The notes: generated by a model from the sequence alone, not told the origin. 64,000 bases of DNA from Lachnospiraceae bacterium (GCA_023664345.1 JAMPFQ010000001.1:114482-178481), one strand, 5' to 3'; counted from the first letter of the stretch, positions 9,553-20,847 are shown. Made by a program: numbers and translations.

Positions 9553-10383
9553 TTATTTTCTCCTTTCAGTCAATCCCCACCAAAAAAATTTTTGTGGGCA
9601 TTTTTCACTTATTCTTTTTTCTATATTACCCGCAGAATAATCTGCTAACAATCCTTCAATGTATTGGGAATAATTCTTTAACAGCCTATAATGCTCTAGT
9701 TTAATTCTTATTTCTTTATTTATTGCGTCTTCTGTATTCTGCATAATACCAGCCAAGTTCATTTCATGTATTCTGTAATAACTTTTACCGTGGCAAAGAT
9801 ACATTCCGCCCCCACCTGCTAATACAATTCTGGAAAACAAATACCAATCAAATATACTTGTGTTTCCCTCCTGCAGACTATTTAAGAAGTCTATACTTAG
9901 CTTATCTAAATTAATAGCAGTATTTGACAGCCCTAAATAATTGTATTCCGCAATATTGTATATACTCTTTGTTTCTTTCGGCAGAATCGGCATAACAGGT
10001 TTATATGCAAAATCTAAAATTTCATTATAGAAAAACCACATCTCCGGTTTATACTCCGACACTACCGAGGTAACCCGATCTCTTGAAAAAAAGTCATCAC
10101 AGTCACCTAAAATCAATATTGTTCCTTCTCTCCTTTTTGCCTCTTTCAACAGCAAAATCCTCAATAAATAATATGCTTGTCCTGCATCTGCTTTCAAAAC
10201 AATGGTTTTCTCTGAAAGATTCTTATATTTCTGGATATACGCATTGAGCGTTTCCTTCTCTATGCCGTCATTTACCAACAATAACTCAAACTGCTGATCA
10301 GTCTGTTCATTTAGCGATTTCAAAAAATCATCCAAATATTTTAGCGCTGTCGGATACACTACGCTACCAAAAATTACTTTCAT
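9553..10383 (-). CDS. hypothetical protein with a GT-A-like N-terminus (possible glycosyltransferase or nucleotide-sugar hydrolase)
   Basis: VIFGSVVYPTALKYLDDFLKSLNEQT...ELLLVNDG resembles the start of a GT2 fold. The rest is unassigned. Confidence 0.3.
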   Translation of the reverse strand: MKVIFGSVVYPTALKYLDDFLKSLNEQTDQQFELLLVNDGIEKETLNAYIQKYKNLSEKTIVLKADAGQAYYLLRILLLKEAKRREGTILILGDCDDFFSRDRVTSVVSEYKPEMWFFYNEILDFAYKPVMPILPKETKSIYNIAEYNYLGLSNTAINLDKLSIDFLNSLQEGNTSIFDWYLFSRIVLAGGGGMYLCHGKSYYRIHEMNLAGIMQNTEDAINKEIRIKLEHYRLLKNYSQYIEGLLADYSAGNIEKRISEKCPQKFFWWGLTERRK

Positions 10384-10399
10384 CTGGATTCCCCCTTCA

Positions 10400-11458
10400 T
10401 CAGAGTTTTCTCTCTATCGCCAGCTTTTTCTTCATCCTGTCTAATTCTTCCAACTGCCCCATATCCAGCCATGCATCTTCATTTACCGTATATACTCCCA
10501 CTCTTTCTCCTTCATCGATACACTTTTGTATCACATCTGTAATATGAATAAATGTATCACCTGGGATTTTTTCAAGGAACTCCGGTTCCAGTATATATAG
10601 TCCGGTATTTGTCAGGAAACTAAACTGAGGCTTTTCACTTAACGCCACTGCCCTCCCTTCTTGATCAACTTCCACTGTTCCATAAGGTATTTCAACCTTT
10701 TTCTCCGCGCAAACCATTGTTGCTATATTATGCTGCTCTTTGTGGTACTCCATCATCAATCTATAATCTTCTTCCACAAGTATATCACAATTAGTCATAA
10801 AAAAGGAGTCATTTATTTTACCCAACAGCAGTCTTAGTCCACCGCCTGTTCCCCAAAAAGTATCTTCATCTATAAAGCAAATATCTTTCTTTTCTTCCGT
10901 TTCCTGAAAAAAAGTCCGAATCAAATTCTTTTTATAATTGATGATCATATAAAACCGTTCACAGCCTACCTGCTCAAAACGCTCCATGATGTGCTCAGTA
11001 ATCGTCTTTTCGCCAATTGGAATCAGGGGTTTCGGCAAAATATTTGTATACGGATATAGACGGCTTCCTTTCCCCCCAGCCATAATCGCTACAGGAATCG
11101 ATTTATCCAAAACATTAAATACCCTGAACCCATTATCAAAATCTATTCGAACAATCCTGCCTTTCCTGTCTATAACAGGAACCGATGTTATTTGCTTCTC
11201 TCGCATAAATTTCAAACTATCTATATGCGCATCCATTGCGATCGTATAGGGATGATGATTTGCAATCTTATCTATCGTACAGCCCATATCTCCATGACGT
11301 AATATATACCTTCTCACATCACCATCACTGACCACACCCTTGAGCTGCTCATTCTCACACAGAAATATAATGCCATGTCCGTTTTGATCCAATTGCTGCA
11401 CAGCTTCTAAAATCGTTGCATTTCCTTTCACTAAAAATTGTGAAATACTCATTTTCAT
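10400..11458 (-). CDS. CBS-domain nucleotidyltransferase (PtmE-like GlcN/GlcNAc-1-P guanylyl/nucleotidyltransferase)
   Basis: The N-terminal CBS pair (VVSDGDVRRYI...) is followed by an NTP-transferase G-x-G-x-R loop (AGGKGSRL). The architecture matches the C. jejuni PtmE type used in legionaminic-acid synthesis. Confidence 0.6.
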   Translation of the reverse strand: MKMSISQFLVKGNATILEAVQQLDQNGHGIIFLCENEQLKGVVSDGDVRRYILRHGDMGCTIDKIANHHPYTIAMDAHIDSLKFMREKQITSVPVIDRKGRIVRIDFDNGFRVFNVLDKSIPVAIMAGGKGSRLYPYTNILPKPLIPIGEKTITEHIMERFEQVGCERFYMIINYKKNLIRTFFQETEEKKDICFIDEDTFWGTGGGLRLLLGKINDSFFMTNCDILVEEDYRLMMEYHKEQHNIATMVCAEKKVEIPYGTVEVDQEGRAVALSEKPQFSFLTNTGLYILEPEFLEKIPGDTFIHITDVIQKCIDEGERVGVYTVNEDAWLDMGQLEELDRMKKKLAIERKL

Positions 11459-11477
11459 CCCTCAATTATCTCTACAT

Positions 11478-12614
11478 TTATTTGGCAAATTGTCTTATCT
11501 TATCAACCACAAAATCTACATCTTCTGGCTGCAAATTGCTACTGCAAGGCAAATTAACAATACGCTCATAATAATATAACGCTTTTTCAATTTTATAAGC
11601 CTGATTTTCTTTATACATATCTGCTGTATGTATCAATTTCCAGACCGGTCTGCTTTGAATTTCGTGCTGTTTCAAATATTGTATCAACTCATCCCGCTTA
11701 GTGGTCATATATGAATAAAACCAATAATTAGAACGAATGTTATCAGAAAACGGCAATAATTCAATTCCATCCGTAATATATCTCCTATAGTTCTCCTTCT
11801 TCACCTCTATAAAATGCTCCAGCTGTTCCATCTGTGCCAATCCCAATGCCGCCTGTAAATTGGTCATTCGATAATTATATCCAACCTCTGAATGTTCAAA
11901 GTATAATTCATCTCTCTTGGCTTGTGTTGAAAGACTCCTGCATCTTTGCAGGTATTCCGGGACGTTTGCTACGATCATTCCCCCTCCGCCAGTCGTGATC
12001 ACCTTGTTCCCATTAAATGAATATACACCTACAGTACCAATTGTGCCAGCATATTTTCCAGCATATGATCCCGACAAGTAATAACTTCCCAACGCCTCTG
12101 TCGCATCTTCTACAACAGGAATCCTATATTGCTGAGAGAGCTCCATGATTTTTTCCATATTGGCCAGATTACCAAATACATGAACCACAACGATAGCCTT
12201 TATCTGTCGGTTTGTTTTTTTATTAACTACCTTTCCTTTGTTCGTGTCACATTCTTTTAGCAGGAAATCCTCCAGCTTATCAACATCCATCGTCAGACTG
12301 TCATCACAGTCCATAAAAACCGGTTCAGCACCCAGATATCTCACCGGATTGACCGCTGCAATAAAAGTCAAAGTAGGAACAAGCACTTCATCATTCCTGC
12401 CAACACCACATACCTGTAACGCTAAATGTAAGCCTGCTGTACCACTCTGACAAGCTACCGCGTTATCTACTCTCAAATAATTGCTGATCGCTTTCTCAAA
12501 ATCTGTTATATATGCACCTGCAGTGGAAACCCATTCTTCTGTAATTGCCTTTGTCACATATTTTAATTCATTCCCCTTCAAATTAGGAACAGATAATGGT
12601 ATCAATTTACTCAT
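11478..12614 (-). CDS. DegT/DnrJ/EryC1/StrS-family PLP aminotransferase (LegC/PseC-like)
   Basis: It shows the characteristic family pattern (LSVPNLKGNELKYV ... FSFNGNK ... GYNYRM). Confidence 0.8.
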   Translation of the reverse strand: MSKLIPLSVPNLKGNELKYVTKAITEEWVSTAGAYITDFEKAISNYLRVDNAVACQSGTAGLHLALQVCGVGRNDEVLVPTLTFIAAVNPVRYLGAEPVFMDCDDSLTMDVDKLEDFLLKECDTNKGKVVNKKTNRQIKAIVVVHVFGNLANMEKIMELSQQYRIPVVEDATEALGSYYLSGSYAGKYAGTIGTVGVYSFNGNKVITTGGGGMIVANVPEYLQRCRSLSTQAKRDELYFEHSEVGYNYRMTNLQAALGLAQMEQLEHFIEVKKENYRRYITDGIELLPFSDNIRSNYWFYSYMTTKRDELIQYLKQHEIQSRPVWKLIHTADMYKENQAYKIEKALYYYERIVNLPCSSNLQPEDVDFVVDKIRQFAK

Positions 12615-12651
12615 TTACTCCTCTTTCTCCTTGCCAGCAATCTGCTTATTA

Positions 12652-13632
12652 CTAAATATTGTACATATCTGTTTTATAAAATTCCATATTTTTCTTCAGC
12701 CATTCGATCGTTTCCGCAATGCCTTCAGCAAATGTATATTGCGGCGTCCAGTTTGTCAAATCTTTGATCTTTTTATTAGACCCCAGCAATCTATTTACTT
12801 CACTATTTACAGGACGCAGCCTTTGTTCTTCACAGACTATTTTGGCTTTTGGATTAATCTGCCGGATAATTTCATTTGCTAATTCTCCGATTGCGATTTC
12901 ATGCTGGGTAGCTATATTGATTTCTTCTCCAATCGTCTTTTCTGATCTTGAAATTTCAATAAACCCATTTGCTGTATCCTTTACAAAATTAAAGTCTCTG
13001 GTAGGCGTTAGTGAACCCAGCTTAATTTCCTCATTTCCGGACAGCAACTGCGTAATGATCGTCGGAATGACTGCTCTGGCGGATTGTCTGGGACCATACG
13101 TATTAAATGGCCGCACAATACTTATTGGCATACTGAAGCTTCTATAGAAACTCTCTGCCAGTCTGTCTGCGCCGATCTTGGTCGCGGAGTAGGGAGACTG
13201 CCCCTGATAAGGATGTGCTTCATCAATCGGCACATATTTTGCCGTCCCATAAACCTCTGAGGTAGAGGTGATCATGATCCGACTTGTTTCTAATTTTCTT
13301 GCAGCCTGCAGAACATTCAATGTCCCTTTAATATTAGTATCGACATAAGAATCCGGAGAATGATAACTAAACGGAATAGCAATCAATGCCGCCAAATGAA
13401 ATACCTGCTCCACTCCTCTCATAGCCTCATAGACTCCATTGGGATCCCTTATATCTCCGGTAAAAATTTCTATCTGGCTCAACTTATCCTTAGAAAAGGT
13501 ATCCAGCCAGCCCCAACGGTTAAAAGAATTATAATAAACAAAAGCTTTAACCTCATATCCCTGTTCAACCAGCATTTCCGTTAAATGACTTCCTATAAAG
13601 CCATCCGCACCTGTTACCAACACTTTTTTCAT
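12652..13632 (-). CDS. NAD-dependent nucleotide-sugar 4,6-dehydratase/epimerase (LegB/PseB-like SDR)
   Basis: VLVTGADGFIGSHL Rossmann motif, YxxxK in SPYSATKIGAD, 326 aa. Confidence 0.75.
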   Translation of the reverse strand: MKKVLVTGADGFIGSHLTEMLVEQGYEVKAFVYYNSFNRWGWLDTFSKDKLSQIEIFTGDIRDPNGVYEAMRGVEQVFHLAALIAIPFSYHSPDSYVDTNIKGTLNVLQAARKLETSRIMITSTSEVYGTAKYVPIDEAHPYQGQSPYSATKIGADRLAESFYRSFSMPISIVRPFNTYGPRQSARAVIPTIITQLLSGNEEIKLGSLTPTRDFNFVKDTANGFIEISRSEKTIGEEINIATQHEIAIGELANEIIRQINPKAKIVCEEQRLRPVNSEVNRLLGSNKKIKDLTNWTPQYTFAEGIAETIEWLKKNMEFYKTDMYNI

Positions 13633-13636
13633 TTTG

Positions 13637-15181
13637 TTATCTACCTCCTCGGTTTACAAGTTGCTTCAAATACTTCATGCTCTCAATCAAACTGCTGCTT
13701 TTCAATACCCACAGCAAAATACAATAGCTGAATACCCCCATTATCGTACAAACAGCCACTCTTACTAAAACTACATTCTGCATTATCTGAAGTTTCATCA
13801 ATACCACATTGATCATATAAACAAAAATGCTCATAATGATCGTCGCTATTATGATCTTGATCAGTTCACCCTTTACAGGTTTAAGCGATACAAAGTCTAC
13901 TTTCCTTTTCAATCTTATATAATATAGCAAAACGCAAAGCCATGCTGCAATACTTGTCGCCAATGCCAGACCGATATGCGCAAAATATCTGATCAGAATA
14001 AAATTCAAAACTATATTACAGATAATTCCCATCGCCGAATTTATCATAGGTGTATGAGAATCGCTTAATGCAAAATATATTTTCTCCAATATAATGCGAA
14101 ATCCTATGGGAATCACTCCCAGCAAATAAGCCTGCAATGCCACTGCTGTCAAATTAACAGCTTCTGTATCAAACGCACCTCTATTAAACAACACTTCTAT
14201 AACAGGCCTTGCCATAACAAAAGCTAATGCGGTAATCGGAATTACCACCAATGCAACTATTTTGAAAATCTGTATTAACTTGTCTTTAATTAGCGTTTCC
14301 TTCTTTTTTGCCAGGCTTTCTGTTAACATAGGGAAAAAGGCTCCCGCAGTAGGATTTACTATCACGGCATATATCATACTGCTGACTTTAGATCCATAAT
14401 CCAATGCCGTAATACTTCCCGGTGCCAACCCAGATGCCAGCCTCTTATCAATCAGTATATTCACATCTGTCAACAATTGACTGAACAAAATAGGGAAAAC
14501 CAATCTTCCAAATTCTGACAAATATGATTTCTTTGCCTTAGAATGTCCACAATATCGAAGCCCATATTTTCGGGAACCGCCCCATAATAATGCAAAATAG
14601 AGCACATTTCCCAATAATACTCCCATGCTTAACGGAAATAAGTAATCCTCCGTACTGATCAACACGGAAATTATCATGACTATATAAGTAACCGCAGGGC
14701 AAATACCTATGATCAAGAAGCTTTGGTGTGCCTGCAAATATCCTTGGAACACTCCACTTATGCCCATAAACAGAATGCTTGCTCCCATAATCTTCGTCCA
14801 TCCAACTGCCATTGGCAAAAACGCAGCATTCATTCCGCCTAAAAAAACATAGATGAATTCTTCTGTAAAAAACATAAGCAAAGCATATATCACTACAGAA
14901 AAAGCCAAAACAACATTAAGACAATTACTGGTAAATACATTCACCTCTCCATTGTTTTGTATATGGATCTTATTGTATATGGGAACATATGCTATAGCTA
15001 TCGCTGCCATGATTCCCGCAATAATATTTGTTGGAAGGGCAGATGTCGCAATATAAATATCACTGATGCTGCTCGCTCCATATTTATAACTTAATACAAT
15101 ATCACGTGCAAAACTAAGGATTTTCGTAAGCAGCATCCCCGCAATCAATAAAAATGAAGACTTTAACAGTCTATTCATCAT
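13637..15181 (-). CDS. MurJ/MviN-like MOP-superfamily flippase
   Basis: 14-TM-type hydrophobic profile. The N-terminal signature LTKILSFARDIVLSYKYGAS..SDIY matches MurJ. Confidence 0.65.
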   Translation of the reverse strand: MMNRLLKSSFLLIAGMLLTKILSFARDIVLSYKYGASSISDIYIATSALPTNIIAGIMAAIAIAYVPIYNKIHIQNNGEVNVFTSNCLNVVLAFSVVIYALLMFFTEEFIYVFLGGMNAAFLPMAVGWTKIMGASILFMGISGVFQGYLQAHQSFLIIGICPAVTYIVMIISVLISTEDYLFPLSMGVLLGNVLYFALLWGGSRKYGLRYCGHSKAKKSYLSEFGRLVFPILFSQLLTDVNILIDKRLASGLAPGSITALDYGSKVSSMIYAVIVNPTAGAFFPMLTESLAKKKETLIKDKLIQIFKIVALVVIPITALAFVMARPVIEVLFNRGAFDTEAVNLTAVALQAYLLGVIPIGFRIILEKIYFALSDSHTPMINSAMGIICNIVLNFILIRYFAHIGLALATSIAAWLCVLLYYIRLKRKVDFVSLKPVKGELIKIIIATIIMSIFVYMINVVLMKLQIMQNVVLVRVAVCTIMGVFSYCILLWVLKSSSLIESMKYLKQLVNRGGR

Positions 15182-16454
15182 TCTCCTGCCTTTCTGCTCT
15201 CAATCCAAACTTTCTACTCAAAAAATAAACAGCCGGAAAAAACAACAATACATACTCCCAACCCATATGCCAAAAATAGTAGATAGGAGATACCATACAC
15301 ATAAATATGATCACAGGCATTAAATAATAGCCCGCTTTCTTCTTATACGCACTTTTAGCTATACGACCAAAAAGTAATCCTGTTATAACAACCATAAATA
15401 ATGTTCCCACAATCCCCCAATCCATTATATAACCCGAGATAAAGGTAGAATATCTTTCCGCTGCTGGATTTAATGCAGTAATTTTAAGATACTCAGGAAA
15501 CGGAATCCCTATAGCACGTAAAATATAACCTTCCAAAAAAAAGAGCAGCGCTCCATAATATTTTGGCGTACTCCAAAATTCAGAGTATGTTTTTGTAAAT
15601 ACAGGAATACTATGCGTAAAATATAGGCTTGCCTTATATAAAGGGTTGACCATGCCATGTGTGGCAGAGTATATTTTTCCATACACCGGCCGAAGTGTTA
15701 CATCTCCCGGATAAAATAAATACTGTTCTGGCGCGGTATGCTCACCTCTGGTAGAGAACAGCGAAAGGGTAAAATATCCCAGGATACCTATAATAACAAT
15801 GCATATCAAAATCCTGCCCCACTGTTTCCTTTTCATTTTTATCTTTTCTTGTACGCTCTGGTAATGATTTAAAACAACTATTATCATGAACAGTCCCACA
15901 GAAGTGACCACTCTGCTTCGCCCTCCTACTCCCAAAATAGCTATTGCAGGCAAAAAAAGAGCTCCCACTGAAACCACTCTGGTAATTCGGTAATTCAGTC
16001 TTGGTACCCGGCTTAATATAAGATACGCCACTGTGCCTAAATACATAGCAACCTCCGCAATCTTATTTATAATAGAGCGATTTGCGCTCAATATATTCCG
16101 ATAATCAGCAACGGCAAACTGATATCCACCAGGCACAGGTAAATGTATGACCTCCCACATGTATATCACGAACGCAAACACGCTTACCGCCTCTACAAGC
16201 AATAACATTATTTCCGCGCTTTTCGAAATAGTTACTATATATCTTTCTTTTTTTTTCATTTTTCCTGTTCGCTCACCTATATAACAACTCATTATAAAAA
16301 AAACAAACACCACCAGCACATAAATCAACCCTTCGTAATCATATACTGTGTGCTTGTACGGACCCATGAAAAAAAGAAACCAATAAGCTATTTGTGCAAC
16401 TATCAGACACTTATAAGGACTGATTTTTTCCATTTTTACTTGCCAGCCTTTCAC
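15171..16454 (-). CDS. polytopic membrane protein, possible Wzy-type polymerase
   Basis: It has more than 10 predicted TM segments and sits in a glycan locus. There is no sharp motif. An A9 run at 16243-16252 lies near its 5' end. Confidence 0.3.
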   Translation of the reverse strand: MKGWQVKMEKISPYKCLIVAQIAYWFLFFMGPYKHTVYDYEGLIYVLVVFVFFIMSCYIGERTGKMKKKERYIVTISKSAEIMLLLVEAVSVFAFVIYMWEVIHLPVPGGYQFAVADYRNILSANRSIINKIAEVAMYLGTVAYLILSRVPRLNYRITRVVSVGALFLPAIAILGVGGRSRVVTSVGLFMIIVVLNHYQSVQEKIKMKRKQWGRILICIVIIGILGYFTLSLFSTRGEHTAPEQYLFYPGDVTLRPVYGKIYSATHGMVNPLYKASLYFTHSIPVFTKTYSEFWSTPKYYGALLFFLEGYILRAIGIPFPEYLKITALNPAAERYSTFISGYIMDWGIVGTLFMVVITGLLFGRIAKSAYKKKAGYYLMPVIIFMCMVSPIYYFWHMGWEYVLLFFPAVYFLSRKFGLRAERQENDE

Positions 16455-17751
16455 TCACATATACTCTCAAAGCATCAGACATTTTATCCATCTCACTATT
16501 GAACATATTATTATTATTATAAAATTTAGCCTGAAACATTCCCTGCAACAAATCGGACATAAATTTTTCATTCGAATAATCTACTACAGGATAATCAAAT
16601 ATAGATCTGTCAATTTTATCTATTTTATATATGTTCGGATGAAGATCGGAATAATAATTATCCGTAAAAGTGAACACCCTTTTCCCTCTGAATAATGCTT
16701 CCACTCCTACTGACCCTGTATATACCGCAACATTATCAATCCACTCTAACAATTCATTACTGTTGTCATATGGGTGAATCAAATGAACATTTTCATATTT
16801 CTTCAGCTCCCTGTAAAATTCCAGATCACGCCGCAAGAACATGGCCGGATGTTCTTTGATAACCAAAACGACCTCTTTGGAAGCCTCGCTGACAATCTTT
16901 AAAATGGATTCCTCATATAATGCGAATTCAACCCTATCACACCAATACTCTACTGTTGCCTCAGGGGCAAGGTGCAACGGCAGAAGAACAGTCTTACTAT
17001 TTTTTTCTATTTTATCCCTAACATCCTCCATATGTTCAAAGTAATGTTCTATATTTTTATCCATCACTTTTTTAAAATGCCAATTCTTTTCCAGCACTGT
17101 ACCATAATGATAGTTATCAGGATCTCTTGACACCACTTTCTTAATGTTAAAATAGTTCCTCTTGATTATTTCTCTGATATATATCTTAATCACATCATAA
17201 TATTTCTTCTGTTGATTTGCTTCAAATTTTGGCTTATATTCTATCCTCAATACCTCCTGCAATGTTGACTGTATTTCCTGTTGCGACACTACACGAGGAA
17301 ACTTATTCAGTTCGCCACGCACAGATATTCTTGTATATCCATTAAAAAAATGACCCACAAATGATACATATAGTATTTCATGCTGCTTAGCCACACGTTC
17401 CATCACATCCTGAACATAGCAGTCAATCAAGTTCCCCATGATAAAGTCAATGTGCTGTCCCCCAAAAAAAGTGTCCAACCCGTTTGCCAAACGATCAATC
17501 AGTCTATATGCCCTTTCTGTTTCCAGTTTTCTAAGGAACCGACACCTTATCCGTATACTTTCTCTTGTATTTCCATCAAAAAAGTGCTCACTTTTATCAT
17601 ACTTTGCAGAATACAGGAAATCTCCTGTCCACAGCATGTCTTTCCTGCGTTCGTCTGATAACCCGATTATTTCAGCTGTCGGAAATGCACCCTGTGCCAG
17701 TTCCAAACTGAAACCTTTATCGCATCTTCGTCTATGAACAAATATCCGCAT
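16411..17751 (-). CDS. capsule-polysaccharide-biosynthesis family protein (KpsC/KpsS-like, PF05159-type; candidate nonulosonic-acid/Kdo-type transferase)
   Basis: The VLVIKEHP...YTGSVGVEALFRGKRVFTF pattern fits the HP motif and C-terminal part of the Capsule_synth family. It has a GAGGG RBS and an ATG at 17751. Confidence 0.4.
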   Translation of the reverse strand: MRIFVHRRRCDKGFSLELAQGAFPTAEIIGLSDERRKDMLWTGDFLYSAKYDKSEHFFDGNTRESIRIRCRFLRKLETERAYRLIDRLANGLDTFFGGQHIDFIMGNLIDCYVQDVMERVAKQHEILYVSFVGHFFNGYTRISVRGELNKFPRVVSQQEIQSTLQEVLRIEYKPKFEANQQKKYYDVIKIYIREIIKRNYFNIKKVVSRDPDNYHYGTVLEKNWHFKKVMDKNIEHYFEHMEDVRDKIEKNSKTVLLPLHLAPEATVEYWCDRVEFALYEESILKIVSEASKEVVLVIKEHPAMFLRRDLEFYRELKKYENVHLIHPYDNSNELLEWIDNVAVYTGSVGVEALFRGKRVFTFTDNYYSDLHPNIYKIDKIDRSIFDYPVVDYSNEKFMSDLLQGMFQAKFYNNNNMFNSEMDKMSDALRVYVSERLASKNGKNQSL

Positions 17752-17917
17752 AACAAAGCCCTCTTCTTTATACAGTCTTCCCTCTAAGATACGGCATCAC
17801 CCAAAATACCAGCATGATGATAAACATCACTCCACCAACACAACAAGAAGCTTCGGCCCATCTAAGCATCTTCTTTACCTCGTCAGGTTTTTTCTCGGAT
17901 TCCGACATGATAAACAG

Positions 17918-19130
17918 TCATTCACGCTCTTCCATCTCCTCCTTGCTCACTCGTGTCACCGCCGATACTAGTATCATCGCAATAACATTGCAAAAAACCC
18001 CCACAACACTGGGATCCAAATAACATGGTAAAGTTGTATTTGTTAAAGTAGAATACATCTTTACCACAAAACAACCCAAAAAGCCAAACAACATCCCGCA
18101 AAATGCTCCTGCCTTTGTCAATCTTTTGCCGAAAATTGACGCGAAAGCTACAGGCATCCATGAGCAAGCCGCCATAGCGCCGCCCAAAAACATGCTCCAG
18201 AATATTGAAAGCGGGTTCAGCAGCGCAACCGCTAACACCAGTGCGCTGACCAAAACCATCGCTGCCACAAGTCCTGCAACAAATGCTAATATAAAAATTC
18301 CTATTGAAGCAAGAGGCGCTGCTCTCACCACCGTATGTTCATCATGAGCCATAAGATATCTGCTGGATTGCCACGGGCCAATAGCGCATACGGGCATCCA
18401 TACAATACCGTAATTTATTCCCCACACTACATCTTCAATACCAGAATCATACAATACGCCTGTGTGGCCGCCTCATGAAAGAAAATCGCTTGTTAATTCA
18501 TTGCTGGCCACACTCGTTATAATAGGAAACCATCCTCCGAGTTTACTTGATATAACAATACCTGATATGGCCAAGGCAATCGTAAACAACGCCGCCATAA
18601 GCGTATCCGTAATCAGCACACCTGTAGAACCTGATATGACAGTAATAATATTAAATACCACTAAGGCAATCACAATGCATATCTTATAATCCACACCCGT
18701 AACAACATTCATCAATGTTCCAATTCCCTGCATGACAGAGAGCAAATATACCGCCATCATTATTATAGCAGCTAATTTCCTGATTTTTTCAGAGTGAAAT
18801 CTCTGTCCAAAGAGTTCAGGAATAGTCATTACACCGCTTCTTCTCAAATAACGTCCAAAAAACACACCACCAATAATGTATCCCGCTGTCTATATCGTGG
18901 GAAAAAGGATAACTGTAACGAACACGCCATCATAAACATTGTGCCGCATCTCCCATAAACATACCCGTGCCCGTGTATGACGCTATCAGAGTACCGGCAA
19001 TCAATATAATCGGCGCTCTCCTGCCAGCAACATAATAATCGTTAGCATTCTTAATCTTTCGGCTAACAAGAAAACTAATCAATACACATACTGCCAAGGA
19101 GATGCCCATTCCATATAAATAAATATTCAT
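17918..19130 (-). pseudogene. sodium:solute symporter (SSS family) pseudogene
   Basis: It is split into three ORFs (18930-19130, 18473-18865, 17918-18454). All three carry SSS-like TM sequence, for example YYVAGRRAPI and GGVFFGRYLRRSGVMTIPELFGQRF. I traced one frameshift plus an in-frame TAG near 18870-18930 and an in-frame TGA at about 18470. Confidence 0.6.
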
Positions 19131-19270
19131 TTCTGGCCTCCGTTCTGATAATCATGTTTCAATGCAAAATACGCACCTATTCCTGCTATCGTTGGCCATA
19201 GTCCCAACAAAACGCTATCACCACTTCTGTCATTTCACACCTCACAATTTTAACATTTTTTCCTTACAGC

Positions 19271-20822
19271 CCTCTTCAGTTTATCTCAAATCTTCATGCA
19301 TCCTATTTCTGAGTCGCTGTCTATCTATTTTTCCATTCAGATTTAACGGCAGGACTCCTAACCTAATATACCGTTCTGGATGCATATGTTCAAGAAGGAT
19401 TTTTCTTCTTTTTCAGTTAAACACTCTGTTTCAGCATCGCCAAAAAATAGCACAATCTTTTTCTCTGCGTCATACAAACAACAGCATTCGTTAATTGTCT
19501 CCACCTTTTTTGCTGCTTGCTCTATTTCTCCAAGTTCTATTCGATATCCCATATGCTTTATCTAAGAATCCTTTCTGGAAACAAAAACCAATTCTCCATT
19601 TTCATTATACTTACCATAATCACCTGTATGATAAATAATCTCGTGCTTTTCTAAATTCAGCGGATTAGATATAAATACTCATACTGTAATATCTTCATCA
19701 CAAATATAACCCTGCGAAAGGCCGCAGCCACGCACACAAATTTCTCCCTGTTCACTATCTTTAACAATATGATTATCTTTGTCAAGTAGTATGATTTCTT
19801 TATTTCTACATGGTTTTCCGATAGGTATCGGTTTTGTAGGATCAAGCATACCAGGTACTTTATAAAAAGTACATGTATCCGTTACCTCCGTAGATCCATA
19901 TAAATTCACAAAATTCACCTTATCATAAACCTCAATCCATTGATTAAGATCCGCTGCCGACATTGCCTCTCCGCCAAACCACACTTCTCGCAGTTCAGGC
20001 AAATAAGGCGACTGCAATGCGTGAAATCTGGATACTAGCTTTAATGCAGACGGAACCCACACTAAAGTACTGATCTTGTTAACAAACAAATACTGCATAA
20101 GACTCTTAGGCTTCAAAAACAAATCCTGAGGCACTATATATGTAGTTGCACCACTTTTTATATTCAGATATATGTCATATACAGAAAAGCTGAAATATAA
20201 TAGTGTCTGATTTCCGAAAACAGAAGTACTGTCAACATTTAAATAATCTGCAACCCATTCGATCAAATCAATGATTCCGCCATGCGTGATCATCACTCCT
20301 TTCGGCACGCCGGTAGATCCTGATGTGAACAGTACATAAAGGAGATCCGTAGTTAACACGCTGTCAGTCACTTCACTAACACAAATATGTGGGATTGCAT
20401 TCAAAATGCTCGCTTCATATATCAAAATTTTTTGCTTGAGAAAATATTTCTTCTGCTTCTTCTTTATGTCCAAAATCAGTAATTACTACTTGAGGACGCA
20501 GCTTCTCAATAATTTTATTGATTCTCTCTGCAGGCAGACTCACATCTATCGGAGAATAAAAATTACCACCTTTCGCTACAGCCATGAATGAAACTATACA
20601 TCGTACTCCCTTGGGCAGAAAAACAGCTACTGCATCCTTTACACAACCTGTATTGATGATATGAGAAGCAAGTATATTGACTATTTCATTCATATCAATA
20701 TAAGAAATTTCTTCATTGGTATCTACAAACGCAGTTTTCATCGGATATAATTTTGCGCTTTGTTCTAAATGATCTGTCACATTACAAATCATTTGCTCTT
20801 GCCTCCATAGTCTTCTTTTCAA
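19271..20822 (-). pseudogene. DltA-like adenylation enzyme (amino-acid--carrier-protein ligase) pseudogene
   Basis: The N-terminal fragment is at 20415-20822. The core fragment at 19679-20473 carries FTSGSTGVPKGV. The C-terminal fragments at 19358-19552 carry GYRIELGEIE, and a further shifted piece ends ...LPLNLNGKIDRQRL* at 19271. Multiple frameshifts are needed to join them. Confidence 0.6.
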
Positions 20823-20847
20823 ATCACCATTGTTTTAATCTACTTAT

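Noticed and set aside
16243-16252. A9/T9 homopolymer near the 5' end of the Wzy-like membrane-protein gene
   Set aside because: A-runs of this length encoding Lys are common in DNA this AT-rich. I do not consider it comparable to the G10 tracts, though slippage is not excluded.
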